Positions 16,095 through 31,574 of a DNA stretch of 64,000 nucleotides are shown here, in pieces. The DNA comes from the human T2T-CHM13v2.0 reference genome, Homo sapiens. How positions within the stretch are numbered: the stretch's first letter is position 1; each line of letters begins with the position of its first letter. The position numbers and the translations under genes were made by a program. The stretch lies in assembly GCA_009914755.4 (NCBI GenBank), contig CP068257.2:44576001-44640000 (forward strand), given 5' to 3'. The notes beneath the pieces are model-generated. The model did not search any database, was not told the DNA's origin, and saw only the letters and a program-made list of their open reading frames with translations.

Positions 16095-16166
16095 CTGTGA
16101 GAGCCTCAGGAACTCATGAGCCTTCTGCAGGCAGGACGAAAACTCGGGCCTGTGGTGCCCGCCCGC
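16095..16166 (-). CDS. LSS: LSS exon 13: [24 protein letters not shown]
   Basis: acceptor ctgtctcttccag|GCG GGC GGG CAC; donor TCA CAG|gtgagg. Confidence 0.85.
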
Positions 16167-16604
16167 CTGGAAGAGACAGCAGGACAGAGAGGCTCAGCTG
16201 CCCTTGCACGGCCAGCATGGCTGCGCTGGTTTCCCGATGGTCCTGGCCACATCCTGCCCCAACCGGGGACCAGAATCAAACCAGCAGACATCTCCAGAGA
16301 GTGCCAGGGTCTCCTGCTGCACTTACCTTTAAAGACAAAACAGCAAAAGTCCATGAGATATGACTGAAGATGGAAGGGCGCAGGAGACCATTTATGGATG
16401 CCAGCACCCCCCTGCCTGGCCAGCATCCATGCCCAGAGGGTCTCCAGCACCCTGTGTAGGCAGGCCCTTTGCGTGGCCCAGCCCTCAGGGCTCTCCAGAA
16501 ACACCTTCAGAATCCCACCTACCTCATTCCCACCGGCATAAAAATCCACTCTCGTTTTTCTCCAGTACTGGCTCGAGAATGCCCATAACAAACAGTTCCA
16601 GTTC

Positions 16605-16906
16605 TTTTTTTTTTTTTTTTTTTTTGAGACGGAGCCTCTCTCTGTCACCCAGGCTGGAGTGCAGTGGCACAATCTCGGCTCGCTGCACCCTCCACTTCCC
16701 GGGTTCAAGCAATTCTCTGCCTCAGCCTCCCAAGTAGCTGGGATTACAGGTGCCCGCCACCACGCTTGGCTAATTTTTGTGTACTTTTAGTAGAGACGGG
16801 GTTTCACCATCTTGGCCAGGCTGGTCTTGAACTCCTGACCTCGTGATCCACCCTCCTCGGCCTCCCAAAGTGCTGGGATTACAGGTGTGAGCCACCGTGC
16901 CTGGCC
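16605..16906 (-). mobile_element. Alu with TSD agcagttccagttc
   Basis: poly-T then gagacggagcctctctctgtcacccaggctggagtgcagtgg...; TSD either side. Confidence 0.95.
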
Positions 16907-17195
16907 CAAGCAGTTCCAGTTCTAAGAAGAGCCTGGAGTCCCACTCCTGCCTGCACTCTCAGAAACAGCCTTCACCAGACTCCCCTTCTCACACAGCCTC
17001 CAGCCCCTGCCCTCCCAAGGCCCCCGACCCAGCCCAACACCCAAGGCTGCTGGCCAAGGCCGCCCCCTCCACAGCACGACCCTCTGAAGCCAGAGGCCAG
17101 AGCCCAGGTCACTGGAAGTATCGAGGAGTGGCAAGTGTGTGGCCAGCAGTGCTGCCCTCAGGTGGATGCGTGGGCTCACGTGCACAGGAAGGTCA

Positions 17196-17285
<90 letters not shown>

Positions 17286-17628
17286 CTACACACAAAGGAT
17301 GGTGTTACAGCAGCAGATGCAGCCCCTCCCACTCCCAGCCACTGCCTCCAGGATCCAATGGGCGCCTGAGGGCCAGGTGTGGGGGCTCCCACCCAGCCAA
17401 CGCTCAGCCTCAGGCTCTGAGCCCTGGGCACCCCTCATGGCTGACAAGGGCCTCAGAGAAGGCTGAGCCCTGCAGGCAGACACACGTCGGGGAGACTCAG
17501 GGAGCCCTCCCTTTCTTCATGGGCCACCAGGCAGGACAGTGTCCCTCTGAGGACACTTCTAGGACTGGACGATCCCTCAGAGGCTCCAGCACCTACACAT
17601 AGAGCATCCAGCTGCTCTCACCCAATGA

Positions 17629-17969
<341 letters not shown>

Positions 17970-19565
17970 AATGATCCCCATTTCTGAGTACACCTGGAGG
18001 TGATGGGAATTCTGCACAGGGCTGGGAAGGCTCCACCTCAAATCTCACCCCGAGCTGGGCTCACAGGTACACAGCCTGGTCTCAGTTCAAAGGGCCGGTG
18101 ACCAAACCCTAGTGAGACAGAGCTGGGCACTGACCAGACAGACATGGGGACTGGGCAGGGGGTGGTGTGTGGCAGAGGCATCCAGACATCGTGCACTGGA
18201 GGGACAAGGCAGGGACCACCAGAAAAGCATTCTCGCCAAAGAAACACAATGGGATCGAGCCTCAGGGCCTGGCCAGTTTACAAAAACTCAGGGAACATAA
18301 GAAGCAACCAGTCAGATCTGCAATGTGAAGCCCTTCAGGAACAAACCTTCCAGGAGGAGAAAAGAGACCACGAGAGACGGCTGGACTAACAGGAGCTCAA
18401 AGACCAACAACTGAAGGCCTGTGCAGGCCTGGCCTGAATCCTGATTCACAAACACCAGCCACAACGTGAGGACTACACTCAGGAACCGTCATAAGTTTGT
18501 TGGGTGTGACAACCTCAGAGCAATTTTGTCAAAACACAGACGCCCTCATCAGCTTGAGGTGCACTGATGAGTCGGTGCTGAGGGAGCGCTGGGCAGGGAG
18601 GGGCAGGGAGGGGACAGGGAGGGGCAGGGAGGCCAGGGCCTGCTCTAGGGCTTGCTACTCACCTCCACTTTACATGTGTTTTGAAAACCTTTTCACAAAA
18701 CACGGACAGTGTCCGGGGAGCCTCTGGGGAGCTCAAGGCCAGCTGGGTAAAAGCTCGTGGCTGGGGGCACCTGGCACCAAGGGTAGCCCTGGGGCGGGCA
18801 GTGCTGGGCCCACGTGTATCCATCCCAAATGTGACACCCAGGACACCTCTGGAGACTCCACATTTCCACACTGAATCAGGTGGGGGACAGAAGACAGGCA
18901 CCGCAGGGCGTAACCCTCCTTAGACCACAAGACACAGGGCAACACTGTCTGGGCTTCTGACACGCACAGAGGGGCGCAGGCTCAGCCCAGTCGGACAGGA
19001 CTGCGGTCTACAGGGCCCCCAGAGCCAGGACAGGACCAGGGTCAGCCAGGATCCACCGGCCTCCCCTCTCCTTGTGCTTGGTGCCCCTCATGACTGGGTT
19101 CCAGCCCACTCAGGCCAAGTCCACGGGGAGCTCCCAGGCCCGGCCACACGCCACCACGGTCCTCCAGGCTCCTGTCCTGTCCACCCAGGACCTTTAAGAA
19201 GAAGCCCCTTAAATTAAGAGTGCATGGAGGAGAAGCCCCCACTAACCAGAGCCACCTCCTGCCACAGTAACAAGATGAGAGCTTCTGCAGCTCTGGGTCT
19301 GTCGTTACACAGCTGAGCCCACTCAGATCATCAGGGCAAAAAGCAAACAGGACAGCTGCAGACAGACATCGAGAACGGTGGGCACCCACACAGAGACCAA
19401 CAGCACCCACAGGGACACGGCCAGAGGCCTCAACTGACTCAGCCTCTAGTCGCACGCTGCCGGGACCTGGTCCAGGAGGAGTTATTTCTGAACCCCAAAG
19501 GAAAAATAATAAAGGGGAGACATGATTGCAAAGGAAGCATGCAGCCGCAGTCCCGCAGCCCTTAC

Positions 19566-19593
19566 CTGCATTTTCATGCCGTCAAGGCCCATC
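19566..19593 (-). CDS. LSS: LSS exon 11, a 28-nt micro-exon: (W)MGLDGMKMQ
   Basis: cctcacag|G ATG GGC CTT GAC GGC ATG AAA ATG CAG|gtaagg; restores the frame between exons 10 and 12; invisible to an ORF finder. Confidence 0.8.
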
Positions 19594-20278
19594 CTGTGAG
19601 GAGAAAAAAGCCCAAGTCAGGTGCAAGGAGAAAGCTGGAAGCCCAGCTGCTACCCAGACCCTGCACTCAGGAGGGTCCCAGAGAGGCCGTCTGTCCCCTC
19701 CCGAGGCCTGGCACTGGCCTGGATGCCACCCCAGCTGGGCTGCTGGGCTCCTGGGGGTGAGGGCCACACTCTATGGAAAACAGGACACACTCACCCAGAA
19801 GGGCCACACCCAAGGCAAGGGGCAGCGGGAGGCTCCCCGACCCCAGGCTGTGCCAGCCCTGCCGCCCTCGTGCAGTGCTGAGGCACCAGAGGAAGAGGCC
19901 TGTACAGCGGAAGCTTCCCACCATGGGACGGCTCTCTGCCCTCCATGACAGGGGCCCCACCTCCAGGGCACAGTCCATGGCTGACAAGCTCCCCTTGTCC
20001 ACAGGCCTCCTGATGCCAACCTGAACCTGCCCTGCTACCTACCACCCCCTTCCTCACTCTACCTTCTGGGAACACCCCACACTTCCACTGGGTGGCAAAT
20101 CTTCCAATTCAAAGACAACCCTCAGTGGCTTCCACAAGCCCTGACACTGCTGGTTCCTGGAGGTATTCCCTGGCAGTATTCCCAGATGGCACCGTGGGGG
20201 CCCCCTCACTGGGATGCAGCTGGGGCTCAGATCCAGTCTTCGTGAGAGGCCCCGCCAGCATATCCCAGCCACACTCAC

Positions 20279-20376
20279 CAGAGATAGTCCGGGATTCTGG
20301 AGACATGCTCCTGGAAGGCAGTGGAGGCGGGCCCGTCCACATACCAGCGCACAAGCATGTTGATGGTTTTCGAGAT
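20279..20376 (-). CDS. LSS: LSS exon 10: [32 protein letters not shown](W)
   Basis: ORF 20275..20490(-); acceptor ctctcctgcag|ATC TCG; donor CTC TG|gtgagt. Confidence 0.9.
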
Positions 20377-21678
20377 CTGCAGGAGAGACAGCCCTGTCAA
20401 GGCTCCGCTCCAGACGCACAGCAGCCTCCAGGGACAAGGTCTCGTCCAGATCCACAGCAGCCCCCAGGCATAAAGTGCCGTGCAGATCACTCAGGGCCAG
20501 GACAGGGGCCTTCTGCTCTAACAGGCATTTCCTGAGCGAGGATGGGCAACAACTGTGTCCCCAGGACCCAACTCAGACAGAGGCAGTGTCGGCCAAGGCC
20601 ACAGCCTGCCTTAGGCTGTGAGAAGGAGCAGCACTCCACCAGGGAGAAGCGAGGGGTTCCAGGAGAAACCAGAGGGGCATGGGCTACCAGGTGCCTTAGA
20701 GACAACACAGGGGACAGAGGACAGGGCCTGAGGGGCCCAGGAAGAGATGCGAAGACAGGACTGTAGCAGTAGGGACCACTTGCCCCCCTTCTTCCTCAGA
20801 ACAGAATGTTCCAGAGGCCCCCAACTTTTTACTTATGCATCTCACAAGTCAAGATCCAATTGCAAGCATGTTTCTAATGCGTTTAGTACAGATGTGCTCT
20901 ATATGGGATTAAACCAAAACCCACAAAGAACCACATCACTGCTGAGCAAAAAACAAGGGACCCGCTGCAGGGTCAGTCAGGATTTGTGATCCACTGAGGT
21001 GGCATGAGGCCCAGAAAATCCGAGATGCAGTGTCAGGGTGGGACTCAGTGGCCCAGTGCCACCTGGGTATGTCCAGAGAATGCCTAAGCCAACCCACTAC
21101 ACCACAGCAGCTACGCGCACAGCTACGGCAGCAGCTGCAGCACAGCCCAGGGCCTGCTGACTCTGTCAGGAGGCGGCCACGCACCAGCACAGCCCGGGGA
21201 TTGCACCCTCTAAGGTCACTGAACTGGCCACACCTGGACCCCTGCAGGCCCCACAGAGGTGAGAGCTCCAAGTCCCTAGCTAGGCAGGAGGAATCAGGAG
21301 TGGCACCTGCTACTCCCACCCACCCTGGGCATGTCTAAACCCCACGGGAGAATGGCGAATGATGAACTGTTTGGGGAGAGGGAACCAAGTGAGGAAAAAG
21401 CACCCCTCCCAGCTAGCCAGCTAGCCAGCAAGATCTCAGGGAGGGGCCTCTAGGAGAGTGTCCAGGCACACTGAGGACAAGAGCCGGTGGGGGACGGAAG
21501 CGGGGGGTCGAGTGTGGTGGGGCAACTTCACTGAGCTGGGCATGCAGGGGTCCAGGACAGAAGCCCTCAGACACTTGTGCGATCAGAGGGCCACCTCCCA
21601 AATGGAGGTACACCAGGCTCCAGGAAACCCCACTCCCAGCTCACAGCCCGGCCTCTAGGACTTCACTTTCGGACCTCA

Positions 21679-21855
<177 letters not shown>

Positions 21856-22017
21856 TCAGTGGATGCCAGACACCATGACACTGGCCTCAGCCTGGAGCTC
21901 CATGCACTGCAACGCCTGGACTTGCCCTTCCCCAGGGTTTCCCCCTCCCACCCACCCCCAGGCCTGGTCTCTGAGCTCCTCCTTCCCTGCCCAGGAGGGG
22001 CTGCCCCACACCTCCTA

Positions 22018-22389
<372 letters not shown>

Positions 22390-22906
22390 TCAAACCAGGA
22401 GGGGTGGCCTCCCACCATCCGCCCTCAGGGCCCTGGGCCAGTCCCTTCCTGGGTGGGGGTCCCTCCAGCAACTGACCCCGAGGGCACATGAAGGCCCCCT
22501 ATGGGAGGACCGCTCTGAGGAGCTCCCCAGCTCCATGAGTCCCAGGTCTGCCCAGAAGCTCATTTCCTCCCTCTGCCCCTCCTTCTTCCCCATGGCAGGC
22601 CTGATAAACATCCTGCACCTCAAACCTCGCCTCAGGCCTGCTTCCAGAGGACACAGTGCACATCTGCCTCCTGCATCCCTTGAGTCCTGGAAGTCCCCCC
22701 CAGGAACCCTGGGCTACAGCTACTGACTGTCCCATAGCACAAGTCCCCTCTGGGCAGAGCTTGCTCACTGTTTATTATAGGATGGAGGAAGGTGGAGGCT
22801 CTGCTCCACAGGGCTCTCCGCTCCACAGGGCCACCAGGTGAGTGGACAGGTGTGGTTAGATTCCAGAAGCCCCAGGCCCTGTGGGTCCCAGCCCCAGAGG
22901 CCTTCA

Positions 22907-23104
<198 letters not shown>

Positions 23105-23508
23105 TCAAGCCTGCCCCCTCCGCCAGCATCCATACCTTGGGCCCTTTCAAGCACGAACACTGGTGGATGGCTATTCCCCACCACGTCAGTGCATCTGCGG
23201 GCATTTCCCAACCGTGCTCCTGAGGGGCACAGTTGAACCATAGGTGCACCCTCTGAGGAGCTGCACCTCCTAGTTCGGTCAGCATTTTGCATCCTAAAAC
23301 CAGGTGATGGAGCTCCTAAATGCTTAGGATTGTCCGTGGGTTTCTTAGCTACAACAAACGTACCTTGGTAACATAAAACATCAACAATGGGGATATGGTG
23401 TGAGGGCCCCAGGGAACACTCTTGGCTATCTTTGCAACTTTTCCAGAAATTGGAAACTACTCCAAAATTTAAAGTTTACTTTTAAAAGTGTATTTAAGAA
23501 ACTTTAGG

Positions 23509-23826
23509 AGGGGCACGGTGGCTCACGCCTGTAACCCTAGCACTTTGGGAGGCCGAGGCTGGTGGATCACTTGAGGTCAGGAGTTTGAGACCAGCCTGAC
23601 CAACATGGCGAAACCCCATCTCTACTAAAAATACAAAAATAAGCCAGGCATGGTGGTGTGTGCCTCTAGTCCCAGCTACTCGGGAGGCTGAGGCAGGAGA
23701 ATCGCTTGAACCTGGGAGGAGGTTGCAGTGAGCCGAGATTGTGCCACTGCACACAGCCTGGTGACAGAGCGAGAGACTCTGTCTCAAAAAAAAAAAAAAA
23801 AAAAGAAAAAGAAAGAAAAAAGAAAC
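23509..23826 (+). mobile_element. Alu with a long A/GA-rich tail
   Basis: gggcacggtggctcacgcctgtaaccctagcactttgggaggccgaggc... Confidence 0.9.
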
Positions 23827-24709
23827 TGTAGGTCTGTGGAATCTCCCCAAGGCCTGGGTCTTTGATCACTGGTCTGCTGACGTTAGCACAGCTCCACCAG
23901 CTTCCCAGGGTCTGTGTGTGCCTCATGTGTTTTCTCTCCCTTTCCCTGCTAGCCCCCATCCTTATGTGATGCCTTATGTGATGCTAGCCCCATCCTTAAG
24001 TGAGGGTGAGCAATGCTGAGCCTTCCCTGCTCCCTGACTGTGGCATCAGGCCTTGGCCCACTTTCACACCCACTTACTTAAAAGGGTGTTTTTTTTTCTC
24101 ACATTTTGGGTTACACTTCCAGCATTTCGCAGCTGGAGTGGTTCAGGTCTGTGGTCCTCCTTTCACCTCCCAACCCACCCTCCAAGCAACTCCAGCAAAG
24201 ACAAGCAGCACCCTGGCGTGCCCATGCGGCAGCACTGACCGACGGCCCCCCCAAGTGGGGCAGATGAGACGCCCTCACCAGCACCAGCGTGTGGAACCCA
24301 CACCCCTCCTGCCCTGGCAGCTGTGCTGACTGCCGTCTCAGTCCTTCCTCTGCCGCTCATTACACACGGGCGAGGCGCAGAGTCCAGTGGGCATTTGAAT
24401 GGCCCCAGGACACCTCCCAACCTATGTGCTCTACGGCCCGCCTCAGGTAGCGGCACCCTAACCCTGCCCCCTACTCTGGTATCTCTGTCTACCCTCCCGG
24501 GGTGATCTCACCATCCCTGTGCCTCCCCGTCACCACCCAAACTGGCTTCCGGGGTTAAGCCCCCGGCCTTTGCATCAGGACACTGCTGCTGTCCTTTCTT
24601 GAGCGGCCCCTTCACTTCCTGCCTCCCCTAACTTGACCCCCCACCCCCCACCCCCGCACCAAAGTCATCTAACACAAGGGACCCCCCCAGCCCTGCTGAT
24701 AGCTCTCTA

Positions 24710-25579
<870 letters not shown>

Positions 25580-26017
25580 ACAGACACTGATCTTTTAAAG
25601 GCACACACGCTGAGTCCACAGGTGAGGTGTCACGTCGGGACACACTTCACATTCACCAGCAAAGGAGACAAACGCAGCAGCAGCAACACAGGACGCCCCT
25701 GTGCAGGCTGGGGGAGGGGCACCCCCCCACTTCTACAGATGCTGAGTCTTCCACAGCAAGAGGGAAGCCACCCAGCCCTGCCTGCAGCCTGACTCGGGGT
25801 ACCTCCATCCATGGCACAGCCTTCTTCCTGCTCAATTGGGAACCTCCCCCTTTCTGTACCCCTACAGGACTCAAGCTTGATCAGGGCCTCTGCCAGGAGC
25901 CTAACTCCACCCACCCACAGAATGCCCACCCCTCTCTGCTGTCACAGCCTGCACCTGACCCACGGTCCCTGTCACTCTACTCCCCGGGACAGCAGCAGCG
26001 ACCCAACAACCCAATCA

Positions 26018-26167
<150 letters not shown>

Positions 26168-27284
26168 TCAGCAAAGTCTGCACTGCCTCTAGCTGGGAAG
26201 CTTCACCCTCTGGGAGTCACGTGTGCCCCTCTCCATGAGGCAAGGGCAGCCTCATGTGGATCTTGCGACCCCCATGTGCGAAGCAGGTTCCAGAGTGCTG
26301 AGAACTTGCCTGGATACACGGCCCCCTAGGTGGAACCAGTGGCTTTCCTGGGAGTGTGTGTGTCCAGCCCCAGGAGAGGTGTTTGCAACCCCTGGCCCCA
26401 GGAAGGAGCACATGAAGACAGCTACCTGGGAAGGTCCAGGGACACCTCAGTGCTCAGGTGAGCGAGGGGCCCAGGTGCACATGCGCCTGGAGAAGGCAAG
26501 GTGGGGAAGTGACAGCACACACTCAGCCTCGCCCTCTGAGCCAAGCCTGAGCTGCCCCAGTCTGTGTCATCTCCACTTGGCAGACTGGTCCTGTATGGGA
26601 ACAAAGACGACCCTAGACTCCAGAGTAGCTCCAGCACGCTGGCCCCATGCCAGAGCCACTTCAGCAGCAGCAGTCCTGGCACAGCCACACCATCTAAACA
26701 TGCTTCTGAGGAGTCCCTGCTCCAAACCCCAAAAGGTATGCAAAAGTCAATAAAGACCCACAAAGCTACTAGGCAAAGTGCAGCCTAAACACGTTCCTTC
26801 ACCAGGCAGGCGCCAGGAGTGTGGTGGGAACCGGACAGCAGCCTTGGGGACGCAGCATCAACGACACCAAAGGCTGACAGTGAACTGAGGACAATAGTGA
26901 CAAGCTCACCAAGAAAGAAGGCAGGATCTCATGAGAATGCGTAACAGGACACTCCACCTGGCACGGTAGGTCAGGAAGAGGTCCTCAAAGAAGGAACACG
27001 TAAAGTGTGAGCCAGCGGGGCAGGAGTGGAAGGTAAGAGGCTCCAGGCGAAGGAGGCAGTGCATGGCGAGCCCTGGGATAATAAGGGTCTCTGAGGAGCT
27101 GACAGGAGGCCCCTGCGCATGCAGCAGAGAGCAGGGCAGGTGGGACTGGCTACGGAAGGTCTGTGAAACACAGAGGACAAGACCAGGCCAGGCTCTGCAG
27201 AGCCACAACATGAACTAGGTTTTCTTGGAGCAGCAGGAGCCATGGATTCCCTTGGGCTGGAATTGCCCCTCAGGGCCTATAGGC

Positions 27285-27790
27285 AAGAGGAGAGGTAGCC
27301 AGGCCGGGCATGGAGAGGTAGCCAGGGGCTTGGAGAGGTAGCCAGGCCGGGGCTTGGAGAGGTAGACAGTTGGGGCTTGGAGAGGTGGACAGCCTGGGGC
27401 TTGGAGAGGTAGCCAGGCCAGGGCTTGGAGAGAAAGATAGTTGGCGCTTGGAGAGGTGGACAGCCCAGGGCTTGGGGAGGTAGCCAGGCCAGGGCTTGGA
27501 GAGGTAGACAGTTGGGGCTTGGAGAGGTGGACAGCCTGGGGCTTGGAGAGGTAGCCAGGCCGGGGCTTGGATAGGTGGACAGCCAGGGCTTGGAGAGGTA
27601 GCCAGACCAGGGCTTGGAGAGGTAGACAGTTGGGGCTTGGAGAGGTAAGACAACCCGGGGCTTGGAGAGGTGGACAGCCCGGGGCTTGGAGAGGTGGACA
27701 GCCCCGGGCTTGGAGAGGTGGACAGCCCCGGGCTTGGAGAGGTGGACAGCCCCGGGCTTGGAGAGGTAGACGATCAGCTTGGAAGGTGCA
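27285..27790. repeat. GC-rich minisatellite, 21-24-bp units (ggcttggagaggtagccaggcc / ggcttggagaggtggacagcccc), about 22 copies, in LSS intron 5
   Basis: visible tandem units; the last five copies are identical 24-mers. Confidence 0.9.
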
Positions 27791-27917
27791 AGCTCCAGGG
27801 CTGCTCTTGCCTGCAGCCAGGCTGCCCCCAGAAGGTGGACATATTAACACGGTTCGTTTAAGTTTTTGCCAATTCAGGAAACAAACAGAATTACCTGGTT
27901 GTCTTAGTTTGCTTGGC

Positions 27918-28216
27918 TTTTTTATTTTATTAGAGACAGGGTCGCACTCTGTCACCCAGGCTAGAGTGCAGTAGTACAACCAGCTCATTGCAACCCAGAA
28001 CTCCTGGGCTCAAGTGATCCTCCTGCCTTACTAGCCTCCAAGTAGCTGAGACTACAGGTGCATATCATCACACCTGGCTAATATTTTATTGTTTTTGTAG
28101 AGACCAGGTCTCACTATGTTGCCCAGGCTGGCCTCGAACTCTTAGGTTGAAGTGGTCCTTCTACCTCAGTCTCCCAAAGTGCTGGAATTGCAGGCGTGAG
28201 CCACTCACTGTGCCTG
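27918..28216 (-). mobile_element. Alu (J-like, diverged)
   Basis: gagacagggtcgcactctgtcacccaggctagagtgcagtag... Confidence 0.85.
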
Positions 28217-28319
28217 GCTCTTAATTTGCTTTTTTAAAAAATGATGCCTAGGTTAAACAGTGTCTGCCTACTTCTGCTTTGACAAATTCCCTGCTCATGT
28301 GCTTTTGCCCACTGTTTCA

Positions 28320-28622
<303 letters not shown>

Positions 28623-29186
28623 CTAAGAATGCTAAAATGCCTTAACCTGACATAACATGCCAACACAGGAGACCCCTGAGCAGCCACTCTGCAGTACGAA
28701 TTCATGCACCTCCCATGACAACTGAGCCCCCCACTCCTTCCTCACCGTGACCCGCCTGCTCTACACCTTCCCACGCCTGAGTCAACACTTCTAGCTCAAG
28801 GGCGGTCCACTTTGGGCTATGGCTCTGCTCCCAAAGTGTGTGCCACATGGCAGGAAAGCTGTCAGGCCTTGTCTCCACCTGCTGCCAGCCCAGAGTCAAG
28901 GGCAATTTTCTTCTGCCTTAAGTGATAACAGACTGACAGTTTTCACATGTGGGTCTCAAGAGTGTCCTAACAGCCACAAAATCCATTTAACAAAAGATGT
29001 GAAGCCGAGGCCCCACCTGCATGGCCTTCAGCCCACTCCCCGCCTGCTAGTCTCTCCCTCACCCACCCCACACCCACAGCTGCAATCACTCCTAACCCCT
29101 GGCAGCTGCCTGGAAACCCAAGCATCTCCTACATCATGAGAACACACACATGCACATGTGCAGTGACACAGGGGCAGGCACACTCA

Positions 29187-29336
<150 letters not shown>

Positions 29337-30022
29337 TCATGACTGCTAAGACCAGGCCCCTTTCCTCCTGAGCACCTCACTCCAACAGGGAGCTACCTCC
29401 TTCTCATAAAAACACCCCCTGGAAAGGCCATTCCTCCCAGGCCCCCATGGGGAACTTTGGGAACAGGGCCAGAAGGAACGTCAGCCACAGCACAGGCGAT
29501 GCTCCCTGCCTAGGGCCTGTAGAGCCCACTCAGCCACGCCTGGCTCCCATGACCACCTGGGTCTGAGAAACACCAGACACTGCACAGCACCTCAGGAAGG
29601 TCTCCCCCAAGTGCCCTGAAGGTCCAAAAGGAACCAGCATTTTAGATCAGTGGGCCTTCCATGAGGGGAGACTGTTGGTCTTGCTTTAACATCTGCTGGG
29701 AAGAAAAATACAAAATTGGTCACCCTTGCATGTGGTAATACCTACTTATTTATTTATATTTTTCTGTTTCAAAATTTTTTTACAAGCATATGCCGCTTTG
29801 CAAATGTCAGGGGGGAGGCAGAGACAATAAATATTATCCACTAAGAACCTTCCGTCCCCAGCCTGGTCCTCTCAGGCATGGTGCTCACAGGCCACCCTCC
29901 ACCTTCACTCCCCATGCTTGGTTCCATCAGCCATGTGCCCCCAGAGCCTGGCACGGGACAGGTCTCAGGGCAGACCCCAGCCACATGTGCCATGGAATGA
30001 ATACCTGACTCTGGCTTAGAGC

Positions 30023-31049
30023 ATCAGAAGCCCTAGTGTTCAAACCATCCAGACATGCCCTGTGTGGGCGGCAAGCCACCCAGGCACCAAGGCAAGAGAC
30101 CGAGGACACGAGCTGTTCCAGTATAATAAAATATAAAACAAGAATAGTTATACCAGATATAGATCTTAGAGATATATGAATATCATTAATCATTAGTTTG
30201 TAGTAATTACTCTTTATCCCAATATTATAATAATCCTCGCTCTACAATCATAACCTAGGAAAAACCAGGCCATACAGAGATAGGAGCTGAGGGGACATAG
30301 TGAGGTGTGACCAGAAGACAGGAGTGCGAGCCTTCTGTTATGCCCGGACGGGGCCAGCAAAAGGGCTCCTTGGTCTAGTGGTAACGCCAGCGTCTGGGAA
30401 GACGCCCGTTGCCGAGCGGACGGTGGTCTAGCGGTAGCGAAAAGTGTCAAGGAACAACACCCGCTACTTAGCAGACCGGGAAAGGGAGGCTCCCTTTCCC
30501 CGGGGGAATTTAGAGAAGACTCTGCTCCTCCACCTCTTGTGGAGGGCCTCACATTAGTCAGACCTGCCCGCAGTTATCCGGAGGCCTGTCTCCCTGTGAT
30601 GCTGTGCTTCAGTGGTCACGCTCCTAGTCCGCCTTCATGTTCCATCCTGTACACCTGGCTCTGCCTTCTAGATAGCAGTAGTCAATTAGTGAAAGTACTA
30701 AAAGTCTCTGATATGCAGAAATAATGGCATAAGTTGTCTTTCTCTGTGTCTCCTCTCTCTGCCTCGGCTGCCAGGCAGGGAAGGGCCCCCTGTCCAGTGG
30801 ACACGTGACCCACGTGACCTTACCTATCACTGGAGATGACTCACACTCTTTACCCTGCCCCTTTTGCTTTGTATCCAATAAATAACAGCACAGCCAGACA
30901 TTCGGGGCCACTACTGGTCTCCGTGCATTGGTGGCAGTGGTCCCCCGGGCCCAGCTGTCTTTTATCTCTTTGTCTTGTGTCTTTATTTCTACACTCTCTC
31001 ATCGCCGCACACAGGGAGAGACCCACCGACCCTGTGGGGCTGGTCCCTA
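30023..31049 (+). mobile_element. solo LTR copy 1 (about 1.03 kb, TG...CA termini, internal AATAAA, two tandem tRNA-like 45-bp motifs); ERV family not assigned
   Basis: starts tgtgggcggcaagccacc, ends ...ctggtccctaca; flanked by the 5-bp direct repeat ccctg; about 90% identical to copy 2. Confidence 0.6.
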
Positions 31050-31380
31050 CACCCTGGAAGAAGGGCAGATGGACTCAGAGACAGCGCACAGGGTCACATA
31101 AAATGAGCCATCCCAAAACAAGCCCGTCTCTTTCCTAACAGTTATAATGTTGTTAGGACGGGGAAATGTGCAGAGAGGAGCAGAGCCAGCATCTTCCTGA
31201 TTTTACAGGCAAGGAAACTGAGGCTCAGCCAGTAAATGGTGGGGCTAGGAGGTCAGACCCGATTCAGTGTTCACCAGAGTGCTGCCCAATGCCGCACAGG
31301 CCACAGTCAATGGGAGCTGTCTACATAGCATCATGGACCAAGAGCATTTTCCAAAGTCCAAAAAGAGGGAAGAAAAGCTC

Positions 31381-31573
31381 CAACTCAGCCAGGTGCAGTG
31401 GCTCACGCCTGTAATCCCAGCACTTTGGGAGGCTGGGGGTGGGGGGTGGGGGATCACGAGGTCAGGAGTTCGAGACCAGCCTGACCAACAAGGTGAAAAC
31501 CTGTCTCTACCAAAAATACAAAAATTAGCCAGGCATGGTGGCACATGGCTGTAATCCCAGCTACTCGAGAGGC
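31381..31573 (+). mobile_element. AluS left part, split by LTR copy 2 (right part at 32586-32705)
   Basis: gccaggtgcagtggctcacgcctgtaatcccagcactttgggaggc...gctactcgagaggc | LTR | gaggctgaggcaggagaatcacttgg... Confidence 0.85.
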
Positions 31574-31574
31574 T

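Noticed and set aside
16106-16708. 200-aa minus ORF
   Set aside because: It contains real LSS exon 13 in a different frame, plus an Alu. The genuine exon is only 72 nt (16095-16166).
27215-27988. 257-aa minus ORF and 135/127-aa ORFs over 27.2-28.0 kb
   Set aside because: Translation of the GC-rich 21-24-bp minisatellite plus an Alu gives a low-complexity PLQA/WRGGQP repeat protein.
30360-30470. tRNA-like strings (ggtctagtggtaacgccagcg... / ggtctagcggtagcg...) inside both LTR copies, suggestive of a tRNA gene or SINE
   Set aside because: There is no cloverleaf and no anticodon arm, and no A/B box spacing consistent with a tRNA. The strings are present in both LTR copies as an internal tandem motif, so they are part of the LTR.
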